A stretch of 64,000 nucleotides of DNA, from positions 58,294 through 122,293 of the IMG/VR virus record IMGVR_UViG_3300037991_006036; one strand, 5' to 3'. Made by a program: the position numbers and the translations under genes. Positions within the stretch are counted from its first letter, which is position 1, and each line of letters starts with the position of its first letter. Source of the DNA: a virus. Its lineage: Duplodnaviria > Caudoviricetes. Positions 1-10,055 of the stretch are shown here, piece after piece. The notes under the pieces were generated by a model that saw only the letters and a program-made list of their open reading frames with translations, did no database searches and had not been told where the DNA came from.

Positions 1-498
1 AATTAAATCTTCTAAGAATCTTACATGTTGCTTATATAATTCAAAATCATGAAAATCATGTTCGATGTGCATTAACTCAAAAACTTTACCATCCTCTATC
101 CAATCAATACAAAAATCAGCCATATACTTAGGCTTAATATTGATTAGTTTTTGCAGACGTTTGTTGTGTTTGGCAAACTCTTTTAGCTGCTCTAACGCTT
201 CACCAGCATACCCGTATCTGGTGTTTAAATGGCAGTGGTCTAAGAAAATGTGGGGGTGAGGTGTGTCTTGAGACATCCAATCTTGAAAGCATGCAGATGC
301 ATCTGTAGGTCGTCCAGGTACAAGTATATGGCCTGGGATGTTGGATTGTTTATGGTATTCGCCTTCTACATAAGTTAATTCGTATCCAATACGATCAAAA
401 AAATCTGGTATGATCATTTTTTCAAATACGGTTTCATCTTCTAAAGGTTTTATAATATATGGGTAATCAACTAAATGGTAATTAAGTTTACTTATCAT
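1..498 (-). CDS. Hypothetical phage protein, 3'-truncated by the window edge (MISKLNYHLVDYPYIIKPLEDETVFEK...)
   Basis: Manually translated. ATG at 498 overlaps the end of the upstream gene and the frame stays open to position 1. Absent from the ORF track because there is no stop in the window. Confidence 0.75.
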   Translation of the reverse strand, partial: MISKLNYHLVDYPYIIKPLEDETVFEKMIIPDFFDRIGYELTYVEGEYHKQSNIPGHILVPGRPTDASACFQDWMSQDTPHPHIFLDHCHLNTRYGYAGEALEQLKEFAKHNKRLQKLINIKPKYMADFCIDWIEDGKVFELMHIEHDFHDFELYKQHVRFLEDLI

Positions 499-3424
499 AT
501 CTAACTATAAAAGTTGTATCTACGTTGTTTGGTAGTTTTAATGGAAATCCTAGTTTTGCAACTGCTAACATTTCTCCATATTCGTTATATAATCCTATAG
601 CAGTTACGTATGGTTTAAAATCAGATCCAGTTGTGAATGGTCTAAATTCGTATTGGTTTGAAGCAGGATTATATTCTTGTATGGTGGGATTATTGCTACG
701 ATTAAACTCTCCTGCCCCAACTGTACATGCTACCTCTTTTTCGTATATCGTATGAGTTCCTCGTGCTGACACTTCTTTTATGTCCATGTAACGAGATATA
801 ATTGATCCTAGAACCATTTGACCGTGATTGTAAAACACATTACCTACTACTGTTGTAGCACGCCCAAGTGTATGATAAGATAAAAATCTATCACTATCAC
901 TCATCACTCCTGCATACATTTTTATGTTGTCAATTAATCCATCAAACCCTCGATCCGCTGATACATTGTTACCTATATATATGTCAGACTTGTTGGAGCA
1001 TCCCGCTACATCTGTGACGTCGGATCCAGTTGTTTGTAAGACATTGTCTATGTACATCATCAATTTTGAAGAGCTTAGTTGACAAGTTACGTGATGCAAT
1101 TGGTTTAATGTTAAACTGCCAGAAACTTCTGCTTGCTCAAACAAATTATCACGTTTGAATCGTAAAATCGTACTTCCGGAATCCATAGTAATAACATATG
1201 GAGTTCGATCGTCGCTTGCGTATGAGAACACATTGCCATTTATATCTACTCCATGATCCTCAGAGGTGCCTTGTTTGGTTAAAACTACAGAACCGGAAGG
1301 GTGTGCAGAGTGGGCAGTGGGTCTTATCATAAAAGTAAACGTAAAGTCGTTATTTTCAAAATTGTAAGACTGTCTATAATTTTGTACTGCTGCTGGTTGT
1401 ATGTGAACGCTTGAAGATAAGCTACTGCTAAATGTTGGAACCACTCCTAGTAGATCGATGGGTTGAGGTACTGGTAAGGTTGTTCCAGCAATATCGGTAA
1501 ATTTTATGTTTTTGTAGTGAGTTTCCATTACCCAATTACCGCGATTAAAGCTACTTGTCAAGTTAACTGCTCCTTTGCCATTATACTTATACAAATCTCT
1601 AGTAGGCCATTCTCCTACGCTAGTTATTGATAATGATTCACTTACTCTTGTTGTTGGAGATATTGGTGAAATCAATCCTCCTGATACATATAGATTACCG
1701 TTAAGGTCATCTGTTATTTCTATAGATTCGTTATTGCTACCGCTTATATTATAGTTTGCTTTTAGTAATAAAGAGGATTGCTGAATACCTTCTCCAAATT
1801 TTGTTTGAGCAAGATTTACTATATATGCTTGATCTTCTAAATCTCTAATTTGGTTGTTAATATTTCCATTACCGAACGCTGCTTTAGTGTTACTATAAAA
1901 ATCTTCGTAAAATAAATGGTTTATAGATTTATGTACAACTCGTTGGAATTTTTTATTGACCGTGATTGGTTCGTAATATTGGAAATGTGGATTGCCTTGA
2001 TCAAAGAGTGTGTTTAAGGGGTTGTAGCTTGGGTGTGATGGTATAGGATTGTAATCTGCTTTGTATACAGAAAAAGTTGGTTCTGAGTTTATATCAAATT
2101 GAATAAATCTTTCACTGTATGATGAGCTAAATCCAACAAATATGTCTGAACTTGATACATCTGCTTTTAGTGCTGTTCCTATACGTAAATCTCCTTTTGT
2201 AGCTCCAAAATGATCTGGATCTGAAATTTCGTATGTATCAGGATTGATTGTAAAAAACACAGACTCTTGCAAACTACCTGTACTTCCTGCGAATACTCCT
2301 ATTGTTGCTGGTGTTTGGTTAGTTTGTATTGTTGCTTTAACTTCACGTTTCAATGCTACCCACTTTCTTGCATCTACGACTTTTTCAAAAGATGCTACAT
2401 TATAGGCAGTGTTAACTGCATACAAATCAATTCCAACTCTGCCATCACGATACACAACATGCACTTTACTTGTCTGTAAAGTTGCTGATCCAGATATAAA
2501 GTTGGTTTTGTCCATTAGAATATCTGCAACGCCTGATGTTACGAGTTGTGATACTGCTGTATCTTTTACTACAAATAATTTTCCGTCTTCAAATAATGCA
2601 AAGTATCTGTTTTGAGTACCACAATATAAAAATGTTTTTAAAGCAGTTGGTGTTGTTGCTCCATAAACACTCGCTCCATATACAGAATAACCAAAAGCAC
2701 TTCCCGGATTTACAGATCCACTAAAACTAGCGGTTAGTGTTTGTGGAAATGATCCAGTAAAAGAAACAGCATAAGCTCCTAAAGAGCCGGTAGATGCAAT
2801 TGCTAAAATTTTATCATTTACGCTTTTACCTTCTGCATTTACAGCACTAAATGATCCAGTAAGAGTGGGTGCAATAGAGGTTGGCATTATTACACCTTCT
2901 GCTACAGATGATGTATAAGCTAGTGAGTTAGGAAAGTATAATTTTGAAGTTATGCCTTTTTCACCAGCAACATAAACGTAGTCAAAACTAGCTGATGGTG
3001 TTGAGGAAATACTTGCAATGCTTGTTACTTTTGAGCTGGTATAACATGCTTTTGCGTGTGTAGGGTTTTTTGTTAAAGTTCGTGAAAACGCACTTATTGC
3101 TCCAAATCCATTAGCTGTTGAAGCTGCATGAATACTGCTTTGAAGTTGACCTACACCATAAGCAGTTACACCGTTTAAGTTTGGTGTACTTATATCATTA
3201 AGTATTTCGTAATTGTCGTTCTGATTAAGTCGTAACAATCTGCTACTACTTACGTCGGTTGTATAAAGGTGTGTACCGCTGTATAATGTTCCAACACTAA
3301 CTGGACTAGCTTGTACATTAGAGTAATAGTTTTTGTAACAAACAGTGCTAAACCATTTCTTGTGTGCTTTAAACGGGGTGAGCCGAATATCAGATGCGTC
3401 TAGATTTTTGAAAACTCCTGCCAT
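488..3424 (-). CDS. Baseplate/tail structural protein with LamG-like domain and tail-collar-like C-terminus
   Basis: 978 aa. LamG-like segment (HHVTC..LMMYIDN..IYIG..FDGLIDNIKMY). C-terminus PYVTAIGLYNEYGEMLAVAKL is shared with the neighbouring gene. Confidence 0.7.
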   Translation of the reverse strand: MAGVFKNLDASDIRLTPFKAHKKWFSTVCYKNYYSNVQASPVSVGTLYSGTHLYTTDVSSSRLLRLNQNDNYEILNDISTPNLNGVTAYGVGQLQSSIHAASTANGFGAISAFSRTLTKNPTHAKACYTSSKVTSIASISSTPSASFDYVYVAGEKGITSKLYFPNSLAYTSSVAEGVIMPTSIAPTLTGSFSAVNAEGKSVNDKILAIASTGSLGAYAVSFTGSFPQTLTASFSGSVNPGSAFGYSVYGASVYGATTPTALKTFLYCGTQNRYFALFEDGKLFVVKDTAVSQLVTSGVADILMDKTNFISGSATLQTSKVHVVYRDGRVGIDLYAVNTAYNVASFEKVVDARKWVALKREVKATIQTNQTPATIGVFAGSTGSLQESVFFTINPDTYEISDPDHFGATKGDLRIGTALKADVSSSDIFVGFSSSYSERFIQFDINSEPTFSVYKADYNPIPSHPSYNPLNTLFDQGNPHFQYYEPITVNKKFQRVVHKSINHLFYEDFYSNTKAAFGNGNINNQIRDLEDQAYIVNLAQTKFGEGIQQSSLLLKANYNISGSNNESIEITDDLNGNLYVSGGLISPISPTTRVSESLSITSVGEWPTRDLYKYNGKGAVNLTSSFNRGNWVMETHYKNIKFTDIAGTTLPVPQPIDLLGVVPTFSSSLSSSVHIQPAAVQNYRQSYNFENNDFTFTFMIRPTAHSAHPSGSVVLTKQGTSEDHGVDINGNVFSYASDDRTPYVITMDSGSTILRFKRDNLFEQAEVSGSLTLNQLHHVTCQLSSSKLMMYIDNVLQTTGSDVTDVAGCSNKSDIYIGNNVSADRGFDGLIDNIKMYAGVMSDSDRFLSYHTLGRATTVVGNVFYNHGQMVLGSIISRYMDIKEVSARGTHTIYEKEVACTVGAGEFNRSNNPTIQEYNPASNQYEFRPFTTGSDFKPYVTAIGLYNEYGEMLAVAKLGFPLKLPNNVDTTFIVRYDK

Positions 3425-3428
3425 TACA

Positions 3429-3436
3429 TATAAATA
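3429..3436 (-). promoter_or_regulatory. Putative late promoter TATTTATA
   Basis: Recurrent motif just upstream of late gene starts; here it follows a terminator hairpin. Confidence 0.55.
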
Positions 3437-3443
3437 TGTCGGT

Positions 3444-3480
3444 AAAACAAATCCCTTCCATTATGTTGAAAGGGATTGTT
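3444..3480 (-). terminator. Intrinsic terminator
   Basis: Minus strand AATCCCTT..AAGGGATT stem followed by TGTTTT, downstream of the 3503..4564 gene. Confidence 0.6.
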
Positions 3481-3502
3481 GGCTAGTTTGATTGTGTGAT
3501 TT

Positions 3503-4564
3503 TTAGTAGTCTAGCTTTACCTTCACTAATGCTTCTCTATTGAAACTCTTTAGTAATGGCTTGCTCAATTTAGCAACAGCTACTAATCTATTATTATCAT
3601 CATACATTCCAATTGTCGTAACATAAACACTTGGATTTCTTAACATGCTAGCATGCTTAAAAGTTCCAGTACTTCCAGTTACAAATGTTGGATTGTTTGA
3701 AAAGTTAAAGTTTTTATTTGTTACACGAACAAAATAGTGTGTAGAGGTTATTTTTTCTTCACTCCTTGCTGCAAAATATGTAGATGCAGAAATGTACATT
3801 GATGCTGTTACTGCATTTTTTGGTTGGGTTCCGGCTGCTGATAATGTAGTTGCATTACCAGTATTGAAATTCATTCCTGTTTCTGTTTTTAATCTTGTAG
3901 CATTAAATACCAACACTCCGTGGTCTGGATAGAATAATCCATACTGTGTGTTGGAGGCTGTTACTGCTCCAGATCCACTAAAGATTCCAACTACACGTCC
4001 AGCTTCGTTTACAGTTGGTGTTTCTTCTTCACCACTATTATCGATAAACGACATATAAGAACCTACAGATAAACCACCACTAGAAATTCGTAGTTCCCAG
4101 TTTCCTGGATCAATTTTTTGTCTAAATCTTGCTCGAGCAACATTAATTACCATAATGTCGTCTGGTGTATCACTTCCAAAAGTAAATGCTGTATCTGTAG
4201 GAGGTAGTAGTTGGTTTCTGTACTGTGAGTATATAGCTCTTGTTGGTGTATCGTTGGCGTTTTGACCAACAGTATTAGGATCTCCAAATGATCCACTTCC
4301 TAATCTATTACCATAAGCTACAGCAAACTGCACAGCTGCTGAAGCAGCCTCGTTAGTGTCTTGTGGATTTCTGTGAAGTACGTTTACATAATAATCACCA
4401 GATTGTGATACCTGAGCTGATGATGTAAAGAATCCTATTCCGGTTGAACCTCCGTAAGATTGTGAATATGGATTCATATTTTCTGACCATACTGGTTGTG
4501 ATACTGTTTGAGTGTCCCCAGGTACTATGTCGTCTCCTTGAAAGTCTTTATATATTTCTGCCAT
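3503..4564 (-). CDS. Baseplate/tail structural protein with tail-collar-like C-terminus
   Basis: C-terminus FNFSNNPT..VYVTTIGMYDDNNRLVAVAKLSKP is paralogous to 488..3424; lies in the structural module. Confidence 0.65.
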   Translation of the reverse strand: MAEIYKDFQGDDIVPGDTQTVSQPVWSENMNPYSQSYGGSTGIGFFTSSAQVSQSGDYYVNVLHRNPQDTNEAASAAVQFAVAYGNRLGSGSFGDPNTVGQNANDTPTRAIYSQYRNQLLPPTDTAFTFGSDTPDDIMVINVARARFRQKIDPGNWELRISSGGLSVGSYMSFIDNSGEEETPTVNEAGRVVGIFSGSGAVTASNTQYGLFYPDHGVLVFNATRLKTETGMNFNTGNATTLSAAGTQPKNAVTASMYISASTYFAARSEEKITSTHYFVRVTNKNFNFSNNPTFVTGSTGTFKHASMLRNPSVYVTTIGMYDDNNRLVAVAKLSKPLLKSFNREALVKVKLDY

Positions 4565-4574
4565 TTTATTTTAT

Positions 4575-5327
4575 TTATCTAACGGATGTTGCTGTTGTAA
4601 TATCTAATGTTGTAAACTGTGTTGGATCAACAGTTACAACTACTGTCTTGAATCCACCAGTTTCATTACCTACAATTGTTAACAACGCTTTTACTGTCTT
4701 AGTTGTGTCTGCTTGTGGTTTAGCTTTGATAATAAACTTGCTTCCAGTTCGTGTAATCGTTTTACCAGTTGTAGAGGTTCCAGTCACTTCGTCATCTATA
4801 AAGCTAGTTGCAGCTGAAGCTAAGTCTGTATTTCCAGCAGTAGGGCTAGCTGAAGCTGGTGATGTCTGTCTTCGTGCTTTAGAAACGGCACCGTCTGGAG
4901 CAACTTCTAAGGTTGCTACAGTATCGTCACTCAAGATGGCTGTATATCCGTTTGTTGAATTTGCACCTTGTAAGTTTAGAGTACTTGGTGCAACAGTAAT
5001 CTCTTGAGTAAGAGATGTAAATGTTACTGCTGATGGTGTAACACTAATCACTGGTATACCGATAACATCCTTGGGCAGAGTAATTAACTTGTATCGCAAC
5101 ATTTGCGTTTCATCGGGAAGTGCTTCTAAAACTGGCATGTCTTCTATGACCTTTCCGTAAAAATTAGTCCCTAATGTATGAGCTGGATTCCATAAATCGT
5201 AATCTACTTCGTCATCTGATAATGCGAATTTTACGATATTCAATCGGCCTCCTGCCGCCAGGATCTCTCGTCCTTTGTTAGTTAAGATTGCGTCAACTGT
5301 GACGGTTGTATTATCTAAATATCCCAC
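4575..5327 (-). CDS. Conserved virion structural protein (baseplate region)
   Basis: N-terminus MGYLDNTTVTVDAILTNKGREILA..KFALSDDEVDY. GTG start, preceded by the late motif. Confidence 0.6.
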   Translation of the reverse strand: MGYLDNTTVTVDAILTNKGREILAAGGRLNIVKFALSDDEVDYDLWNPAHTLGTNFYGKVIEDMPVLEALPDETQMLRYKLITLPKDVIGIPVISVTPSAVTFTSLTQEITVAPSTLNLQGANSTNGYTAILSDDTVATLEVAPDGAVSKARRQTSPASASPTAGNTDLASAATSFIDDEVTGTSTTGKTITRTGSKFIIKAKPQADTTKTVKALLTIVGNETGGFKTVVVTVDPTQFTTLDITTATSVR

Positions 5328-5352
5328 TGTAGTAAAGTTTTATCTTGTTTTA

Positions 5353-5360
5353 TATAAATA
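5353..5360 (-). promoter_or_regulatory. Putative late promoter TATTTATA
   Basis: Intergenic copy about 25 nt upstream of the 5327 start. Confidence 0.55.
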
Positions 5361-5380
5361 TGCAGTTATTAAGAAAAACG

Positions 5381-8300
5381 TTATCTAATTGCAAACGTAC
5401 CTGCTTGCTTTCCTGGTTTAACTGCTAATTGTTTTCCTCCACCTTCTGTTACGGTGATTACGGGTCCTCCATCTACTGTATCTGGACTATCAACATTGTA
5501 ATCTGTAGAAGTTAGTTTGCATCCTTCGTATCGAGCATTCACCATTCCTTTGGCATTCCACAAATGATAATCTTGTACAGATTCAAAATAATTTAATGGT
5601 TGTACTCGTAAGTTATTTATAGCACTGAAAGCTGCTGCTGCACCCCTAAACGATTGTATCGTTATAACAAGGTTTGGTCCATCTGCTTGTGTAATAAAAT
5701 CGAAAGATTGATCATTTCCAGCAACGTTGTTTGTGTTAGTTACTACAATGCTATCGCTGTATGCTGATCCTTCTTTACCATATTGTAAGTGCAGTTCTAC
5801 TCTACCAGTTCCGGTTGAAGAAGCAAAGTTTCCTGTAATTCTGTATCTAATATCTTTTGTTGATGCATCCTCTCTTTCACTAAAAAAACTATTAAGTAAT
5901 ACAGATCCAGTATACCTACCGGTAGTTGTTGCTCTCCAGTTTAATCCGTCATAAGGACCGGAGCCACCTCCATTATTTGTACCAATTCGTGATCCGCTTA
6001 TTTGCCAATACGCAGTGGTATTAAGTGGTGAGCTGTATTGTGTAGTTCCGCTGTAAGAGCTGGATATACGTAAACCAAAATTGGTTACCCATATGTTTTC
6101 GTCAACGGTTGCTGATGAGGTTAGTAGTGTGTTGACACTTCCAGTAACTATTCCACCATAAGTTACTGGGTATAGTTGTTCAAGTGCTTTATAGCTCCAA
6201 ATATCTTTTTGATATTTTGGTTCATCTGGAGCACTTCTTTCACTAAATCGACTTGTTATTATTGTTGGGTTTATTGCTTGCCAATCATCATATCGGCTAG
6301 CGGTTACAAAAGTCAATACTCGAGGGTTACTGCCACTTGAGTTGTATGTCATGTAGATGTATTTACTACCTTCATAACGTGAATTGTGTCCAGTTCCGTT
6401 TACTCCTAAGTCAATAGCAGCACCTTCTCTCATTTCAAAAATTGATCCAGTAGGTTCTCCAGTCATATCAATAGGTGGAGTAGATTCAGCCACTACACCA
6501 TACAATCCAGATGGTTGAAGAATTTGTAAATCTATAGATGCTGTGTTTTGTTTAGGTAATAAATCTTGTGCAGAGCTGGTTATTTGTAAATAATCCGACA
6601 GATCACCTCCTATTGTAGCTGCTGCTACATAATGTGTTAGTGGTGTATTTGTTGGATCTTCAACCTCACCTTTGGGTGGAAAAACTTTTTCCGGACCTAA
6701 ATCTAAAGATGCTGTTAGTAGTAAGTCTTCAGCTACTGGAGGTGGAGTTGGTAATTTGCTACGTTCTAATATAGTAGGTTCAATTAATAAACCAGTTTGT
6801 GTGTTTGCTCTATAAGGCACAAACTTTTTTATAAGTTTAAACAAAGCTGCATTGTAGTGTTGTAACAATCTAATATATTCGTTTGGCTTATTTGTGCCTT
6901 TATATTTTTTTGAATATACCCTTGCTAGGCCTTGTAAATCTGTATAATCGTCTAATTTTAGTTGAGCTGGATTACCTATATAATCATCTATACTAAGTCC
7001 ACCAAACTGTTCTGCTATGTCTTGGTTAACTTCGTTTGTTGGAGATAAGAAAACACCTAATTTAGAGTTATCAGGCGGATTATTATCAGTTAACGGCTTC
7101 TCTGCTTTACTGTCTTTGAATAGTTGATTTCCTGCTAATGTTGTGTTATCAATTCGTATTTTTGAAGAAATACTTCTATTTGCTCCTAAATCAGGCCATT
7201 CTAATGAGTTTTGTTCAATTACTCGAAAATATGCTGAGCTTGTTACATTGTAAAAGGATGCTGACGGTTGTGTTATGTCTTGGTTTGGGTGTTGAGAGTT
7301 GAAACTACTAGTTGCAGGATAATGGTCGTCTAGGGTTGTTTTATTATCTGTACCTAAAGTCAATCGATACATTAAACTATCAAAACTTGATGTACTTCCT
7401 GTAAACACCCCATCAGTATTGCCTTGAAAACTTGTTGGAGTCAGTGTATGGTTATCGAGTATAGCATCTTGTAACTCAGAAGACCACATTCTAAATTCTT
7501 GAATACTCCCTGAAAACAAATCCATTGAGTGCGAATCTGCTAATGTATAGCTTCCTGATCCTGGTATCCATAAACTACCACTATTTGTAAAAGAATAATT
7601 ATATGATGATGAATCGTTTCCGTCTACAAACAACGATGCAGTTGTTGTCGATACAACTTTGTTGTAACGAGAAGTTTTTACTATTAGTCTATATGTTTGA
7701 TCTGTGGTAATATCGTCATCTTGAGCCTCTCTTCTCAATGCAATATGGTGCCATCTCGTGTCTTGATTTGTGTAAGGATCTTCTGTGTCTGTATCGTATA
7801 TAGATGAGCTTACACTTGATGTAGCCCAAGTTGCACCACTTCCACTACTCAAAAAGAAACCTATATGATTCCCACTACCACTCTGAAATGCTCGAATTTT
7901 CCATCTACCAGGAACCTCCATGATGGTTTGATCTTTAGTCTGGCTATCAGCCATTCTAACTCTCATCTCAATAGTTTGCGCAGTTGCGTTACTACCACTT
8001 AATCTTTGCCACGGTACCTTTACTTGTTGAGCTGGTAATCCAGTTGTTTGTCCATTGTATCCAGCAACAAATGCGTAGTTAAATCTGTCATAAACAAAAT
8101 CAGATTTTTTATCAAATCCACCTTCATGACCTCCATATTCTTTTATGCGTAAGATTGACTCCGGAATTCCAAAACAATTAATTAATGCTCTTAGACATCT
8201 TTCGGTGCCTTTAGTTTGTACGAGATATGGCAAATTGTTTATAAGACGTTTCCACGTCTCTTTCATGGTATCTGAAGTGCTGGTTTCGTATGCTGTGTTT

Positions 8301-10018
8301 ACACTACCAGTTGCATCTGTGCCTAAGGTGTAATTCCATAACTCGTCTAAAGCTGCACCGTTTTCAAATTCAAATCCTAAATTTTGACCAATTAGATATA
8401 ACAAATCCTTACTTAATCCAGCAGTTAATTCTTGACTTTTATTATATTTGTTGGTGTATTCGTCAATATATGGAAGTATATCATCAAAGTAGTGACCAGC
8501 AACTTTTACGACTTGTGTAAAAGTGTCATTATCTGAATCTTCTACGATGTGGGCTGGTAAGTTTCTTGTTAATGCGTTTGTATTATTTTGATCATATATA
8601 CTTGCTGAAGCTAAGGCACCTACATACCACTCTTCAACTTGAGAAGATGTAAACGAATAAAGAGGATAAGGTTTAGTAGTTGTTGACTTAGGCCATGTAG
8701 AGGGATAAAACTCACCATAAGAGCTTGTTTCGTAGCTAGCTGATTCGTAGTAAAGATATCTTTCGTAAGCATCAAATCCTCCAATAACACTACTCTTTCG
8801 TTTAATGTTTGTTAAGATGTTTGTGTTGAACGCTGCACTACTAGATGCTGATGAGCTTACTAGACCAGTTAGGTCAGTAGTTAAGGCTGCTATTCTTGCA
8901 TCGTAGCTTTCAATTAACCTTACTTTGTGTCTAAAGTTAAATAAACGAGCTTCCGCATTACTGTATGTGATAAAGTTTTCATATTTTCGAAAATCGACAT
9001 TAATATCAATATTTTCAATAAGCGAGCTACTTGTTAATCTATCTTGTAGTTGATAATATACACTATTAGCAGATCCCGTATCAGTTCCTACTAAATCGTC
9101 TTTATCTTTATATTCTGTAGAAACTCCAGTTCTAATTCTAGCTAATATATCAAAATTAGGTCCAGCTATTTCTAAAGTTCTAGGTTTTAGATCTGGTGGT
9201 ATTAGTGTTATATCTGTACTAAAGTCTCCGCTAACCTCTTGTGCTAACCATAACTCATCACCTACAACAATGTCTGCAGGGATTGGAGCAGCTAGTTTGA
9301 ATATAATACTATAGGGTGATGAGTTTATTGTAAACTTGTCTTGTACATAATCAAATACTGGAAAGGATAAATTTGCATTCTTAAAAAGAAATAGATTGCT
9401 TAGTATTTGGCTTTTTGGTGTAATGAATAAACCACTCTCAAACTGGTTTAAGAAGCTAGTATTGTCAAGTGTAGATGATAATATTGGTCGTACTCTAAGC
9501 TCTAATCCGTTGGAGCTTATTTCTTGAACAACAATCTTATGACCATCTCCAGATCCTAATATGTTTCTGTGAAACTTATAAACTGGTTTGTATCTTCCAG
9601 CAACGTATCCCAACTCTTGTATGTCTTCTTCAACGTTAAGTAATACGGATACGTTTGGTGATGGATCGTTTGATATGCTAGACTGTCTACCTTCTTCCTT
9701 ATATCTTTCGATTGTAAAATCTGGTACACGGTAGTTTGTTCCTAAGTACGCATCTACAGCGTTAAAAAGATCCAATCTAACTACATCGTTTGGATAGTTG
9801 GTTAGATTTTGTGCTTTAGTACCAAAAGCCTGTACTGGAGATGTATTATCCTGTTGCGGGGTTTCTTGGTCACGGCTTGCGGTCACGATCGGTGTAATGC
9901 CATCAGACACATCTGTTGGTTTAGATGGTGATGTTAAAGGTGCTCGCTCTTGTTGTTTTGATATTAGAGGTTTTGATTCTCCAACAACTTGCCTAATATT
10001 TTTTGGTCCGTATGCCAC
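5381..10018 (-). CDS. Large baseplate wedge protein (P2 gpI/T4 gp7-like motif) with LamG-like domain
   Basis: 1545 aa. Motif LPYLVQTKGTERCLRALINCFG; LamG-like WHHIAL..FSGSIQEFRMW; baseplate context. Confidence 0.65.
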   Translation of the reverse strand: MAYGPKNIRQVVGESKPLISKQQERAPLTSPSKPTDVSDGITPIVTASRDQETPQQDNTSPVQAFGTKAQNLTNYPNDVVRLDLFNAVDAYLGTNYRVPDFTIERYKEEGRQSSISNDPSPNVSVLLNVEEDIQELGYVAGRYKPVYKFHRNILGSGDGHKIVVQEISSNGLELRVRPILSSTLDNTSFLNQFESGLFITPKSQILSNLFLFKNANLSFPVFDYVQDKFTINSSPYSIIFKLAAPIPADIVVGDELWLAQEVSGDFSTDITLIPPDLKPRTLEIAGPNFDILARIRTGVSTEYKDKDDLVGTDTGSANSVYYQLQDRLTSSSLIENIDINVDFRKYENFITYSNAEARLFNFRHKVRLIESYDARIAALTTDLTGLVSSSASSSAAFNTNILTNIKRKSSVIGGFDAYERYLYYESASYETSSYGEFYPSTWPKSTTTKPYPLYSFTSSQVEEWYVGALASASIYDQNNTNALTRNLPAHIVEDSDNDTFTQVVKVAGHYFDDILPYIDEYTNKYNKSQELTAGLSKDLLYLIGQNLGFEFENGAALDELWNYTLGTDATGSVNTAYETSTSDTMKETWKRLINNLPYLVQTKGTERCLRALINCFGIPESILRIKEYGGHEGGFDKKSDFVYDRFNYAFVAGYNGQTTGLPAQQVKVPWQRLSGSNATAQTIEMRVRMADSQTKDQTIMEVPGRWKIRAFQSGSGNHIGFFLSSGSGATWATSSVSSSIYDTDTEDPYTNQDTRWHHIALRREAQDDDITTDQTYRLIVKTSRYNKVVSTTTASLFVDGNDSSSYNYSFTNSGSLWIPGSGSYTLADSHSMDLFSGSIQEFRMWSSELQDAILDNHTLTPTSFQGNTDGVFTGSTSSFDSLMYRLTLGTDNKTTLDDHYPATSSFNSQHPNQDITQPSASFYNVTSSAYFRVIEQNSLEWPDLGANRSISSKIRIDNTTLAGNQLFKDSKAEKPLTDNNPPDNSKLGVFLSPTNEVNQDIAEQFGGLSIDDYIGNPAQLKLDDYTDLQGLARVYSKKYKGTNKPNEYIRLLQHYNAALFKLIKKFVPYRANTQTGLLIEPTILERSKLPTPPPVAEDLLLTASLDLGPEKVFPPKGEVEDPTNTPLTHYVAAATIGGDLSDYLQITSSAQDLLPKQNTASIDLQILQPSGLYGVVAESTPPIDMTGEPTGSIFEMREGAAIDLGVNGTGHNSRYEGSKYIYMTYNSSGSNPRVLTFVTASRYDDWQAINPTIITSRFSERSAPDEPKYQKDIWSYKALEQLYPVTYGGIVTGSVNTLLTSSATVDENIWVTNFGLRISSSYSGTTQYSSPLNTTAYWQISGSRIGTNNGGGSGPYDGLNWRATTTGRYTGSVLLNSFFSEREDASTKDIRYRITGNFASSTGTGRVELHLQYGKEGSAYSDSIVVTNTNNVAGNDQSFDFITQADGPNLVITIQSFRGAAAAFSAINNLRVQPLNYFESVQDYHLWNAKGMVNARYEGCKLTSTDYNVDSPDTVDGGPVITVTEGGGKQLAVKPGKQAGTFAIR

Positions 10019-10032
10019 TTACTTGCGTTTTA

Positions 10033-10040
10033 TATAAATA
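10033..10040 (-). promoter_or_regulatory. Putative late promoter TATTTATA
   Basis: Intergenic copy upstream of the 10018 GTG start. Confidence 0.55.
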
Positions 10041-10055
10041 GTTGCATTAAACAAT

